From an uncultured Burkholderiales bacterium (lineage in GTDB: Bacteria > Actinomycetota > Acidimicrobiia > IMCC26256 > JAOSJL01), in the NCBI GenBank assembly GCA_964424125.1, contig CAYRHS010000001.1, positions 1 through 51,192 of the forward strand: a DNA stretch of 51,192 bases. Direction: 5' to 3'. Under the pieces are notes generated by a model that saw only the letters and a list, made by a program, of their open reading frames with translations, did not search any database and had not been told where the DNA came from. The position numbers were made by a program, and so were the translations under genes. Every line of letters begins with the position of its first letter. The stretch's first letter is position 1. Shown here piece after piece: positions 43,081-51,192 of the stretch.

Positions 43081-43084
43081 TACC

Positions 43085-44233
43085 GTGCGCATGGGACCAC
43101 TGCACGGGGTGCGCGTCATCGAGATCACCGGACTCGGACCGGGGCCGCTCGCGGGCATGCTGCTCGCCGACCTCGGAGCCGAGGTGCTGCGCATCGACCG
43201 GGGCGCGGCGGTCGAGACCGGCAACGCGTTTCCCTCCCGGACCGACCTCCTCGCGCGCGGGCGTCGATCGGTCGCGGTGGACCTCAAGCACCCCGAGGGG
43301 CGCGAGACGGTGCTGCGGCTGGCCGAGGCGGCCGATGCGCTCTACGAGGGCTTCCGGCCGGGTGTCACCGAGCGCCTCGGGATCGGACCCGACGACTGCT
43401 GGGCGCGCAACCCGCGCCTCGTCTACGGGCGCATGACGGGATGGGGCCAGGACGGTCCGCTCGCGCAGACCGCCGGCCACGACATCGACTACATCGCGCT
43501 GGCCGGCGCTTTGTGGCCGATCGGGCGAGGGGGCGAGAAGCCGGTCCCGCCACTGAACCTCGTCGGCGACTTCGGTGGCGGTGGCGTGTTCCTGGCGCTC
43601 GGGATCGTCGCCGCCCTCATCGAAGCGCGCGAGTCGGGCCAGGGCCAGGTCGTCGACGCGGCGATGGTGGACGGCGCATCCGCCCTGATGACCTTTTTCC
43701 ACGCGGCGCGGGAGTCGGACATGTGGTCGGACGAACGGGGCGTCAACCTGCTCGACACGGGTGCACCGTTCTACGAGGTCTACGAGACTGCCGACGGCAA
43801 GTGGGTGGCCGTGGGAGCCATCGAACCCCAGTTCTGGGCCGAGCTGGTGGAGCGCCTGGGCCTCGAAGGCGACCTCCCGAGCCAGTACGACGCATCGTCG
43901 TGGCCGGCCATGAAGGAGCGACTCGCCGACGTGTTCCGCCGCAAGACTCGTGACGAGTGGTGCGAGCTGTTCGAGCGCACCGATGCGTGCCTGGCCCCGG
44001 TTCTTTCGCTCGCGGAGGCACCGAACCATCCGCACGCACAGGCCCGGAGGTCCTTCGTCGAGGTCGATGGCATCGTCCAGCCCGCCCCCGCGCCACGTTT
44101 CAGCCGCACGCCGTCGGAGGTCCAGGGCCCGCCGCCGCATCCCGGCGCCGACACGGACGAGGCCCTCGCGACCTGGGGGTTCGCCCTGGACGAGATTTCC
44201 CGGCTCCGCGACGTCGGCGCCGTCGCCGGATAG
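43085..44233 (+). CDS. family III CoA-transferase (CaiB/BaiF), alpha-methylacyl-CoA racemase-like
   Basis: 382 aa. GVRVIEITGLGPGPLAGMLLADLGAEVLRIDR N-terminus. Start is GTG 43085 or ATG 43091. Confidence 0.85.
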   Translation: MRMGPLHGVRVIEITGLGPGPLAGMLLADLGAEVLRIDRGAAVETGNAFPSRTDLLARGRRSVAVDLKHPEGRETVLRLAEAADALYEGFRPGVTERLGIGPDDCWARNPRLVYGRMTGWGQDGPLAQTAGHDIDYIALAGALWPIGRGGEKPVPPLNLVGDFGGGGVFLALGIVAALIEARESGQGQVVDAAMVDGASALMTFFHAARESDMWSDERGVNLLDTGAPFYEVYETADGKWVAVGAIEPQFWAELVERLGLEGDLPSQYDASSWPAMKERLADVFRRKTRDEWCELFERTDACLAPVLSLAEAPNHPHAQARRSFVEVDGIVQPAPAPRFSRTPSEVQGPPPHPGADTDEALATWGFALDEISRLRDVGAVAG

Positions 44234-44292
44234 CACGGCCCGTCGAGAGCCATAATCCCCGCGCAGCCAATCCCGAGGGAGGCAACAGCACG

Positions 44293-45849
44293 ATGTGGCC
44301 CGGACCGCACGCCGCCGCGAATCCCGACAAGCCGGCCGTGATCATGGCCGGCAGCGGCGAGACCGTGACCTACCGCGAGCTCGATGATCGGTCGAACCAG
44401 CTTGCCCAGCTCTTCCACGACGTTGGACTGCGCTTCGGTGACCACGTCGCGTTCGTCCTGGAGAACTCGTCCCGGTTCCACGAGGTGTGCTGGGCCGCGC
44501 AGCGCAGCGGGCTCTACTACACGGCGATCAACTGGCACTTCAACGCCGAAGAGCTCGCCTACGTCGTCGACGACTGCGATGCCCGGGCGCTGATCGTCTC
44601 GAACGAGTTCCGCGACGTGGCCGCCGAGCTGACGCCCATGCTCTCCGACCGCGTCGAGACGCGGCTCATCCTGGGCGGGTCGCTCGACGGCTGGGAGTCC
44701 TACGAGGAACTGCTGGCCCGCTACCCGACCGAGCCGATCGCCGAGGAGCTCGAGGGGCACGCGATGTTGTACTCGTCGGGAACGACGGGTCGACCGAAGG
44801 GCGTGAAGTACCGCCTGAAGCGGCAGGCGATGGGTCACACGCCGATCATGGTCGAGGCGTTCCGTGCGTTGTATGCGTTCGACGAGGACAGCATCTATCT
44901 CTCGCCCGCGCCGCTGTACCACTCGGCTCCGCTCCAGTTCACGATGCTGGTGCTCCGCCTGGGCGGCACCGTGGTGGTGATGGAGCGCTTCGATCCCGAA
45001 GCCGCGCTCGTCGCGATCGAGCGCTACGGGGTCACGCACAGCCAGTGGGTGCCCACGATGTTCGTCCGCCTGTTGAAGCTCCCGGAGTCCGAGCGCGCCG
45101 CGCGCGATCTCTCCTCGCATCGCGTGGCCATCCATGCAGCTGCGCCGTGCCCGGCTCAGGTGAAGGAGCAGATGATCGAGTGGTGGGGGCCGATCATCCA
45201 CGAGTACTACGCGGCCACCGAGGGCATCGGGGCCACGATGATCAACTCCGAGGAGTGGCTCGAGCACCGGGGCTCGGTGGGCAAGTCGTTGCTGTCCCCG
45301 GTGCACGTCCTCGACGACGCGGGGCACGAGCTCCCTCCGGGTGAGGTCGGGGTCGTGTGGTTCGAGGGTGGTGGCAGCCCCGTGGCCTTCGAGTACCACA
45401 AGGACGCCGAGAAGACCAAGGGCGCGCACAACGAGCACGGGTGGGCCACGACGTTCGACATGGGTTACCTGGACGACGACGGGTACCTGTACCTCACCGA
45501 TCGCAAGAACTTCATGGTCGTCTCGGGCGGCGTGAACATCTACCCCCAGGAGGCCGAGAACCTGCTCGTCACGCACCCCAAGGTCGCCGACGTCGCCGTC
45601 TTCGGCGTCCCGAACGAGGAGATGGGCGAAGAGGTGAAGGCGGTGGTCCAGTCCACGGACATGGCGGACGCGGGCCCCGAGCTCGAGCGCGAGCTCATCG
45701 CGTTCTGCAAGGAGCACCTCGCGCACTACAAGTGCCCGCGCTCGGTCGACTTCGAGGTCGAGCTTCCGCGCCACGACACGGGCAAGCTCTACAAGCGCCT
45801 GTTGCGCGACCGCTACTGGGGCGAGGACGCCTCGAGGATCGTCGGATGA
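44293..45849 (+). CDS. acyl-CoA synthetase (AMP-forming), close paralog of 30750-32303
   Basis: Trimmed to ATG 44293. Same MWPGP...DKPAVIMAGSG start. About 75% identity by eye over the full length. Confidence 0.9.
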   Translation: MWPGPHAAANPDKPAVIMAGSGETVTYRELDDRSNQLAQLFHDVGLRFGDHVAFVLENSSRFHEVCWAAQRSGLYYTAINWHFNAEELAYVVDDCDARALIVSNEFRDVAAELTPMLSDRVETRLILGGSLDGWESYEELLARYPTEPIAEELEGHAMLYSSGTTGRPKGVKYRLKRQAMGHTPIMVEAFRALYAFDEDSIYLSPAPLYHSAPLQFTMLVLRLGGTVVVMERFDPEAALVAIERYGVTHSQWVPTMFVRLLKLPESERAARDLSSHRVAIHAAAPCPAQVKEQMIEWWGPIIHEYYAATEGIGATMINSEEWLEHRGSVGKSLLSPVHVLDDAGHELPPGEVGVVWFEGGGSPVAFEYHKDAEKTKGAHNEHGWATTFDMGYLDDDGYLYLTDRKNFMVVSGGVNIYPQEAENLLVTHPKVADVAVFGVPNEEMGEEVKAVVQSTDMADAGPELERELIAFCKEHLAHYKCPRSVDFEVELPRHDTGKLYKRLLRDRYWGEDASRIVG

Positions 45850-46673
45850 GCGCCGGTGCGGACGCCCGCGCGGCCGTCGAGGAGGTTGCCCATGACCTCG
45901 TCGACGAGGAGCAGGTGCTCGACGACCTGGTGGCAGGGATCGACCCGGCCGCCTGGTCGAAGCCGACGCCCGCGCAGGGCTGGGACGTGCGCGCCACCAT
46001 CGGCCACCTCGTCGCCTCGGAGGAGCTGGCCTCCCTGGCCGCAACCGACGAGACGGCGTTCCGGACCCGGTTGCAGGAGGCCCTCGAGAACCTGGAGGAG
46101 TTCAGCAGCGGGCTGCCCGGCGACCTGGCCAAGGTCTCGCCCCCCGACCTGCTGGAGCGCTGGCGCGAGCTGCGGACCCGCACGATCGACGCGGTCCTGG
46201 CCACGGGACCCGACGAGCGCATCCCCTGGGTCGGGCCGTCGATGCGCGGGCGGGCCTTCCTCACCGCGCGGCTGATGGAGACGTGGGCCCACGGGCGCGA
46301 CGTCTTCGACGCGCTGGGCGCGATCCAGCCAGCCACGGGCCGACTCCGCCACATCGCCCATCTCGGTGTCATCACCCGTTCGTTCGCCTACGCCAACCGG
46401 GGCCTGGAGGCACCGGACGCGGAGGTCTGCGTGGAGCTGGATCCGCCCGACGGCGGCGAACCCTGGGTGTGGGGCCCGGCGAACACCGCCGACCGCGTCA
46501 CGGGCGCAGCCGAGGACTTCTGTCTCGTCGTCACGCAGCGTCGAAATGTCGCCGACACCGACCTCCACGTTGAGGGACCGGCCGCCGGCGACTGGATGGA
46601 CCACGCGCAGTGCTTCGCCGGGCCGCCCACCGAACCGCCGCCCCGGGGCCGGGCGTCGGGCTTCCCGAGGTGA
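45846..46673 (+). CDS. DinB/MDMPI-like metal-binding protein (TIGR03084-like)
   Basis: ATGA overlap with the upstream stop. W..PTPAQGWDVRATIGHL N-terminal motif. Confidence 0.7.
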   Translation: MSAGADARAAVEEVAHDLVDEEQVLDDLVAGIDPAAWSKPTPAQGWDVRATIGHLVASEELASLAATDETAFRTRLQEALENLEEFSSGLPGDLAKVSPPDLLERWRELRTRTIDAVLATGPDERIPWVGPSMRGRAFLTARLMETWAHGRDVFDALGAIQPATGRLRHIAHLGVITRSFAYANRGLEAPDAEVCVELDPPDGGEPWVWGPANTADRVTGAAEDFCLVVTQRRNVADTDLHVEGPAAGDWMDHAQCFAGPPTEPPPRGRASGFPR

Positions 46674-47548
46674 CCACGAGGGACCGGTCACGACGATTCG
46701 AGCCGGTCGTCCACGAGATCGTGCACCGGCACCGAACGGTGCGCGCGCTCGACTGGCCGGGCGAAGGTGCACCGGTCCTGTTCCTCCACCCGACCGCGCT
46801 CTGCGCCGGCATCTTCGAGCCCCTGGCCCGACGGTTGACGCCGCAACGCCGGGTCGTCGCCGTCGACCTCCCAGGTCACGGTGGGTCCGCGGCACCGCCC
46901 GATCCCGACGCCCTCGCCTTCACCGCCTCGGCCGACGCGGTCGTCGCGGCGCTCGACGAGCTCCGGCTCGAACGCACCGCTGCTGTCGGCCAGTCGATGG
47001 GTGGTGGCGTCGCGATCACGGTCGACCGAATCGCTCCGGGGCGACTCGACCCGCTCCTGCTCGTCGAAGCGGCCGCGGTGCCCTCCGAGTTCGCGCGTCC
47101 CGGCCAGCGCGCGGAGTACGAGCAGGCCGCCCGGGCCCGGCGACACGTCTTCGAGGACGAGGCGACGATGGTGGAGCACCTCGCGCGTCGGCCGGCACTC
47201 GACCGCTGGTCCGTCGAGACCCTCGAGGCCTACGCCCGGTGGGGCACCGTGGTCACCGACGACGGCACCGTCGCGCTGGCGTGTACCCCCGAACACGAGG
47301 CTGCTTCCTACGTGGCCGCGGAATCGCCCGACGGTGCGGCCGCGGCCTGGGAGCATCTCGCCACGCCCAACGCGGCTGTCGCCGTCCTGGTCGGTAGCGA
47401 CGACCTGATGCCCGGCGGGACGTTCGCCGCCCAGGCCGCGCGCGCCGGGGCCCCGCTCCTCGAGGCCGAGGGGAGCCACTTCCTCCTCCAGGAGGATCCC
47501 GAGCGCGCCGTCACGCTCGTCCGGGAGGGCCTCGCCGCCAGCCGCTGA
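46670..47548 (+). CDS. alpha/beta hydrolase
   Basis: GTGA overlap with the upstream stop. LFLHP oxyanion region, GQSMGG elbow, C-terminal SHF. Confidence 0.8.
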   Translation: MTTRDRSRRFEPVVHEIVHRHRTVRALDWPGEGAPVLFLHPTALCAGIFEPLARRLTPQRRVVAVDLPGHGGSAAPPDPDALAFTASADAVVAALDELRLERTAAVGQSMGGGVAITVDRIAPGRLDPLLLVEAAAVPSEFARPGQRAEYEQAARARRHVFEDEATMVEHLARRPALDRWSVETLEAYARWGTVVTDDGTVALACTPEHEAASYVAAESPDGAAAAWEHLATPNAAVAVLVGSDDLMPGGTFAAQAARAGAPLLEAEGSHFLLQEDPERAVTLVREGLAASR

Positions 47549-47613
47549 CGCCGGGAGACGACCGCCGCGCGCGACGCGGACCGCGGCTTCGACGCCCGAG
47601 ACCTGTCGAGCGA

Positions 47614-48471
47614 TCAGGGGAGGCCGGCGCCTCGAACGTCGACGTCGACCGCCGCCACCTGGGCGTCGCGACGCTCGCTCACCAAGGCCGACTGGGTGCT
47701 CTCCGCCAGCATCAGATAGAGCGTTCGCCGGCCGGGGCCGCCGAGCATGCATGCGAAGCAGCCGCGTCCGGTCTCGACGCGGTCCGCGACCTCGCCGCCC
47801 TCGTGCACCCGGAGACACGCGCGACCGAGCGCGTCCGCGAACCACACCGCGCCGTCGGCGTCGAGACAGATCCCGTCGGGGAAGGCACCGGGCGTCTCGG
47901 CCCACGTCCGCCGGGCCGACAGCGTCCCGTCGGCGTCGATCGTGAACGCCGTGAGGCGCTGTGCCATCGTCTCGGCGACGATGAGCGTCTCGCCGTCGGG
48001 CGTGATCACGCTCCCGTTGGGGAACCCGAGGCCGTCGGCGACCACGTTGACCGCACCGTCAGGCGCCACGAGTGTCAGGGCCGCGTTCACGGGCTCGAGC
48101 TCGGCGGCTTCGAGGTCGAAGCCGAAGTTGCCGACGTAGGCGTCGCCCCGCTCGCTCACGACCATGTCGTTGCAGTGCCAGGTGGCGATCCCGGAGAGGT
48201 CGGCGTGCTCGACGAGCGTCTTGTCGCGCTCGCGCCACCGCAGCAGGCGGCGATCGATCATCGACACGACGAGCAGGTCTCCGTCGGGGAGCCACCCCAG
48301 GCCCGACGGCTGGCCTGGCACCTCGCAGACGGTCTCGAGCCTGCCGCCGTCGGCGTCACAACGCAGGACGCGGTGCGAATAGAAGTCCGAGACCCAGAGC
48401 TGGTCGCCGTGCCAGCGCGGACTCTCGACGAAGGTCAGCCCGTCGACGAGGACCCGGACGTCCCGGCCCAC
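47614..48471 (-). CDS. SMP-30/gluconolactonase/LRE-like beta-propeller protein
   Basis: Start trimmed to GTG 48471, 4 nt after the upstream stop. ESPRWH, FPNGSVITPDG and PDGICLDADG repeats. Confidence 0.75.
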   Translation of the reverse strand: MGRDVRVLVDGLTFVESPRWHGDQLWVSDFYSHRVLRCDADGGRLETVCEVPGQPSGLGWLPDGDLLVVSMIDRRLLRWRERDKTLVEHADLSGIATWHCNDMVVSERGDAYVGNFGFDLEAAELEPVNAALTLVAPDGAVNVVADGLGFPNGSVITPDGETLIVAETMAQRLTAFTIDADGTLSARRTWAETPGAFPDGICLDADGAVWFADALGRACLRVHEGGEVADRVETGRGCFACMLGGPGRRTLYLMLAESTQSALVSERRDAQVAAVDVDVRGAGLP

Positions 48472-48475
48472 TCGC

Positions 48476-49717
48476 TCAGCCGAGGCCGGCCGGCTGTACG
48501 CATTGCTCGCCCGTGAAGGCGTCGAAGAACGTGTCGGTGACGGGCTGCGCGACACCGTCCTCGTCGAGCTGGGTCGTGATCAGGCATGGGTTGAAGATCC
48601 GCGGCAGCCCACCGACTCCGCCTTCGGTGAAGTTGATCGGCGGAGTGAGGTCTGCCGGATTCAGCGCCGTCGCCTGGTTCAGCGCCGCCAACATGGCGGG
48701 CGCGGTCGCCTCGGTGCCGTTGTTGAGCAGCTCGACCACCGACATCACCGCCGCGTAGCCGTTGGAACGAAAGCCCCCGGTTTCGTCGAAGCCGGCCGCT
48801 TCCATGTCCTTGGCGAACTGCTGCGTTGCCTTGGTGTCGAGCTGCTGGGGCACGAAGATCGAGTTCAGGAAGATGCCCTGGGCGTCGGGACCGAGGGCGT
48901 CGATCACGTCGGTGATCTCGCTCGCGGTCATGGCGATCCGTACGTCGGGTGCGGTCTGGCGGAGCTCGACGACGAAGTTGGTGGCGTCCACGCCGGGCAG
49001 GCCGACGATGACGCCGTCCGGGTCGTTCTGGAGCACGGCCTGGACGAAGGGGGCCATGTCGGCGGTGTTCTCGGGCACCGCGACGTCACCGATCGTCTCG
49101 ATGCCGAAGGGCTCGAGGCCCTGGTTGGCGAAGTCGGCGATCACCGACGCCGCCGCGAGGTCGACGCGTGCGACGGCGATCCGCTCGGCGCCGTCGGTGG
49201 CGAGCGCGTTGGCGAGCCCGGCCGAGGCCGAGACGATGCCCCCACTGATGGGGAATGAGACGTCCGAGGTGAAGTCACCGACGCCGGAGGGGATGTCGCC
49301 GACGACCGGGATCTGGTTCTCCTCGAAGAGCGGGTAGAACTGGTCCTGCTGGACCGAGAGCATTCCCGCGATCGCGACCACGCCCTCGTCCACGGCCTGG
49401 CGGCCGCATTCCGCCGCGGTGTTCGGGTCGTCCATGGTGTCGCAGTCCACGAGCTCGAGCGGGCTGCCGTTCAACACCCCGCCGTCACGGTTCACCGCCT
49501 CGACGGCCGCTTGCGCCCCCTCGAGGAGGTCGGGTACGGCGATGCCTGCGCTGAACTCGCCGAGGGTCATGATCTTGACCGGCGGACCGGTCAACTCCGG
49601 GCCCGTCGTGGTCGTGGTGTCCTCGGCGCTGTCGTTACCGCCCGAGCTGCAGGCCGCCGCGCCCAGCACGAACACGAACACGACCGCAAGCGATCGGATC
49701 CAGCGTCGCGACATCAT
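48476..49717 (-). CDS. LivK-type solute-binding lipoprotein
   Basis: 413 aa. Lipobox LGAAACSSG. Conserved CD..DDPNTAAECG and C-terminal Cys pair shared with 36585-37817. Confidence 0.85.
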   Translation of the reverse strand: MMSRRWIRSLAVVFVFVLGAAACSSGGNDSAEDTTTTTGPELTGPPVKIMTLGEFSAGIAVPDLLEGAQAAVEAVNRDGGVLNGSPLELVDCDTMDDPNTAAECGRQAVDEGVVAIAGMLSVQQDQFYPLFEENQIPVVGDIPSGVGDFTSDVSFPISGGIVSASAGLANALATDGAERIAVARVDLAAASVIADFANQGLEPFGIETIGDVAVPENTADMAPFVQAVLQNDPDGVIVGLPGVDATNFVVELRQTAPDVRIAMTASEITDVIDALGPDAQGIFLNSIFVPQQLDTKATQQFAKDMEAAGFDETGGFRSNGYAAVMSVVELLNNGTEATAPAMLAALNQATALNPADLTPPINFTEGGVGGLPRIFNPCLITTQLDEDGVAQPVTDTFFDAFTGEQCVQPAGLG

Positions 49718-49745
49718 GGCGGTCCCCTGAACGATGGGCGGCCAA

Positions 49746-49762
49746 GTTAGCGCTCGTTCACA
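49746..49762 (-). promoter_or_regulatory. operator-like motif copy 5 (TGTGAACGAGCGCTAAC on the minus strand)
   Basis: Lies 29 nt upstream of the binding-protein start and 28 nt downstream of the ATPase stop. Confidence 0.5.
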
Positions 49763-49789
49763 AGTCGGCGCAACGTACCGCTCGCCGCC

Positions 49790-51192
49790 TCACCCCCGGG
49801 TCACCCCGGTCAGGTACGCCCGCTCGATCTCGTCGAAGTCAGCGGCGAGGTCGGCCGCCGCGCCCTCGAGCTCGACGCGCCCGTGGCGCATGACGTACAC
49901 GCGGTCCGCGAAGTCCAGGGCCTGGCGAGCGTGCTGCTCGACGAGGAGGACGCCAACACCTCGCTCCGCCGCTCGTCGCACCGCGGCGAGGAGCCGCTGC
50001 ACGACCATCGGCGCCAGGCCGAGTGACAGCTCGTCCGCCATCAACAGGCGCGGCTCGGCGGCGAGGGCACGGGCCAGCGTGAGGATCTGTTGCTCCCCGC
50101 CCGAGCAGAGGCCGGCGCGGCGCCGCAACAGCGGCTCCAGCTCCGGGAAGAGACGCAATGCCTCGTCGCGGTCGCCGCGACCCAATCGGAGGTTCGCTCC
50201 CGCGCTCAACGACATGATGACCGAACGCTCCTCGGGCACGAATCCCAAACCCTGTCGGACCCGGCGGTACAGCGGCCGTTGCCGGTCCGAACCGAAGCAC
50301 TGGACCTCCCCGGCGATCGGCGCGAGCTCCCCCGCCAACGTGAGCAGGGTCGTCGTCTTCCCGGCGCCGTTGGGCCCGAGGAGCGCGACCACCTCGCCGG
50401 GGCGCACCTCGAGGTCGAGATCCCGGACCGCCGCCAGATCCCCGTACCCCGCCGAGAGCTTCGTCGCTCGCACCAGCGGCTCCGCCGTCGTGGCGAATCG
50501 CGGTGCGTCGGGGTCGTCGGCGGTCTCACCGTCCCCGCTCGCCACCGCGGCCGGCACCCGCGCCGGCTCGGCGGCTTCGGCCTCGTCGGTTCCCAGGTAC
50601 GCGCCGATCACCGACGCGTCACTCCGCACGTCCTCGGGTGTGCCCTCGGCAATGAGGCGGCCGAAGTCGAGCACCGCGATCCGGTCGCAAATATCCATCA
50701 CGAGCGACACGTCGTGCTCGATCATCAGGACGCCCATGCCCCACTCCACGGCGAGGCGGCGGACCAGGCGGCCGAGCTCGGCGGACTCCTGCTCGTCCAG
50801 ACCCGCCGCGGGCTCGTCGAGAAGCAGCAACGAGGGCGTGGTCGCGACGGCGCGCGCGATCGCGACGAGTCGCCGCCGCCCGTACGGGAGTTCCTCCGGC
50901 ACCTCGTCGAGGTCCCGCTCCAGCCCGAACTCGGCCACCGCGGCCACCGCGCCCGCACCGAGCGGCACGCGCCGAGGTGCGACCAGGTCGGTCACGTACG
51001 CGCGCGTGTCGCGGGAATCCGACGCGGTACGCAGGTTCTCGCGCACCGTCATTGACTCGAAGAGCTCGAGGCTCTGGAACGACCGACCGATCCCGGCGGC
51101 GGCGCGTCGCCGGGCCGACCAGCGATCGATCGGGCGGCCGTCCAGAATGATCCGACCGGCGCTGCACGACACGAACCCCGTTACCGCGTCGA
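49790..51192 (-). CDS. fused LivG-LivF-type ABC ATPase (5' end outside the window)
   Basis: The frame stays open to the window edge. First half has a Q-loop, a degenerate signature (LPYGRRRL) and Walker B (LLLLDEPAAGL). A ~45-aa acidic linker follows. Second half has Walker A (GPNGAGKTT), signature (CSGGEQQ) and Walker B (LLMADELSLGL). Confidence 0.85.
   Translation of the reverse strand, partial: DAVTGFVSCSAGRIILDGRPIDRWSARRRAAAGIGRSFQSLELFESMTVRENLRTASDSRDTRAYVTDLVAPRRVPLGAGAVAAVAEFGLERDLDEVPEELPYGRRRLVAIARAVATTPSLLLLDEPAAGLDEQESAELGRLVRRLAVEWGMGVLMIEHDVSLVMDICDRIAVLDFGRLIAEGTPEDVRSDASVIGAYLGTDEAEAAEPARVPAAVASGDGETADDPDAPRFATTAEPLVRATKLSAGYGDLAAVRDLDLEVRPGEVVALLGPNGAGKTTTLLTLAGELAPIAGEVQCFGSDRQRPLYRRVRQGLGFVPEERSVIMSLSAGANLRLGRGDRDEALRLFPELEPLLRRRAGLCSGGEQQILTLARALAAEPRLLMADELSLGLAPMVVQRLLAAVRRAAERGVGVLLVEQHARQALDFADRVYVMRHGRVELEGAAADLAADFDEIERAYLTGVTRG

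Noticed and set aside
43780-46044. 754-aa minus-strand ORF
   Set aside because: It lies antisense to the racemase-like and acyl-CoA synthetase genes and has shadow-ORF composition.
22173-49762. Reading the shared motif as a KstR/KstR2 operator or as an ECF-sigma promoter (GAAC ... CGTT)
   Set aside because: KstR (TnnAACnnGTTnnA) and KstR2 (AnCAAGnnCTTGnT) have different half-site spacing or sequence. For an ECF promoter, GAAC and CGTT would need 16-19 nt between them, and here they are 1-4 nt apart.

Overview
Very GC-rich, actinobacterial-type chromosomal segment in which third codon positions are almost all G/C. About 50 real genes sit beneath a thick layer of spurious Arg/Pro/Gly-rich antisense ORFs. 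All calls come from by-eye motif reading; no searches were run.

- **1-13.5 kb:** envelope and housekeeping genes. These include an esterase lipoprotein, an HExxH protease, and a minus-strand chain running EEP lipoprotein > class A PBP > zinc-ribbon coiled-coil protein > membrane protein > histidine phosphatase. A CocE/NonD hydrolase, a VOC protein and a stand-alone cNMP-binding protein follow.
- **13.5-17.9 kb:** a decayed locus at tRNA-Val(UAC). A 42-nt copy of the tRNA 3' half lies 3.65 kb downstream of the intact gene. It brackets a stretch with one intact amidase, several gene fragments and a lower-GC patch. No integrase is present.
- **17.9-20.5 kb:** a WhiB7/WblC-type regulator with an AT-hook. 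Its leader carries a uORF, an intrinsic terminator and an antiterminator repeat.
- **20.5-51.2 kb:** a large CoA-thioester (lipid-like) catabolic supercluster.
  - Enzymes: two IMPase paralogs, an SDR, two tandem P450s, an FAD oxidase, four enoyl-CoA hydratases in two paralogous pairs, three acyl-CoA synthetases (two about 75% identical), an Mcr-like CoA-transferase, a WS/DGAT, a DinB-like protein, an alpha/beta hydrolase and an SMP-30 lactonase.
  - Transport and membrane proteins: an MFS transporter, a polytopic beta-lactamase-fold hydrolase, two LivK-type binding proteins and a fused LivG-LivF ATPase cut by the window end.
  - An SCP-x thiolase sits next to an HMG-CoA-synthase-like/DUF35 fusion that appears to lack its catalytic Cys and His.
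  - A 17-bp quasi-palindrome (TGTGAACGAGCGTTAGC) recurs upstream of five transcription units, with no regulator gene in the window.

No rRNA, CRISPR array, transposase or integrase was seen.
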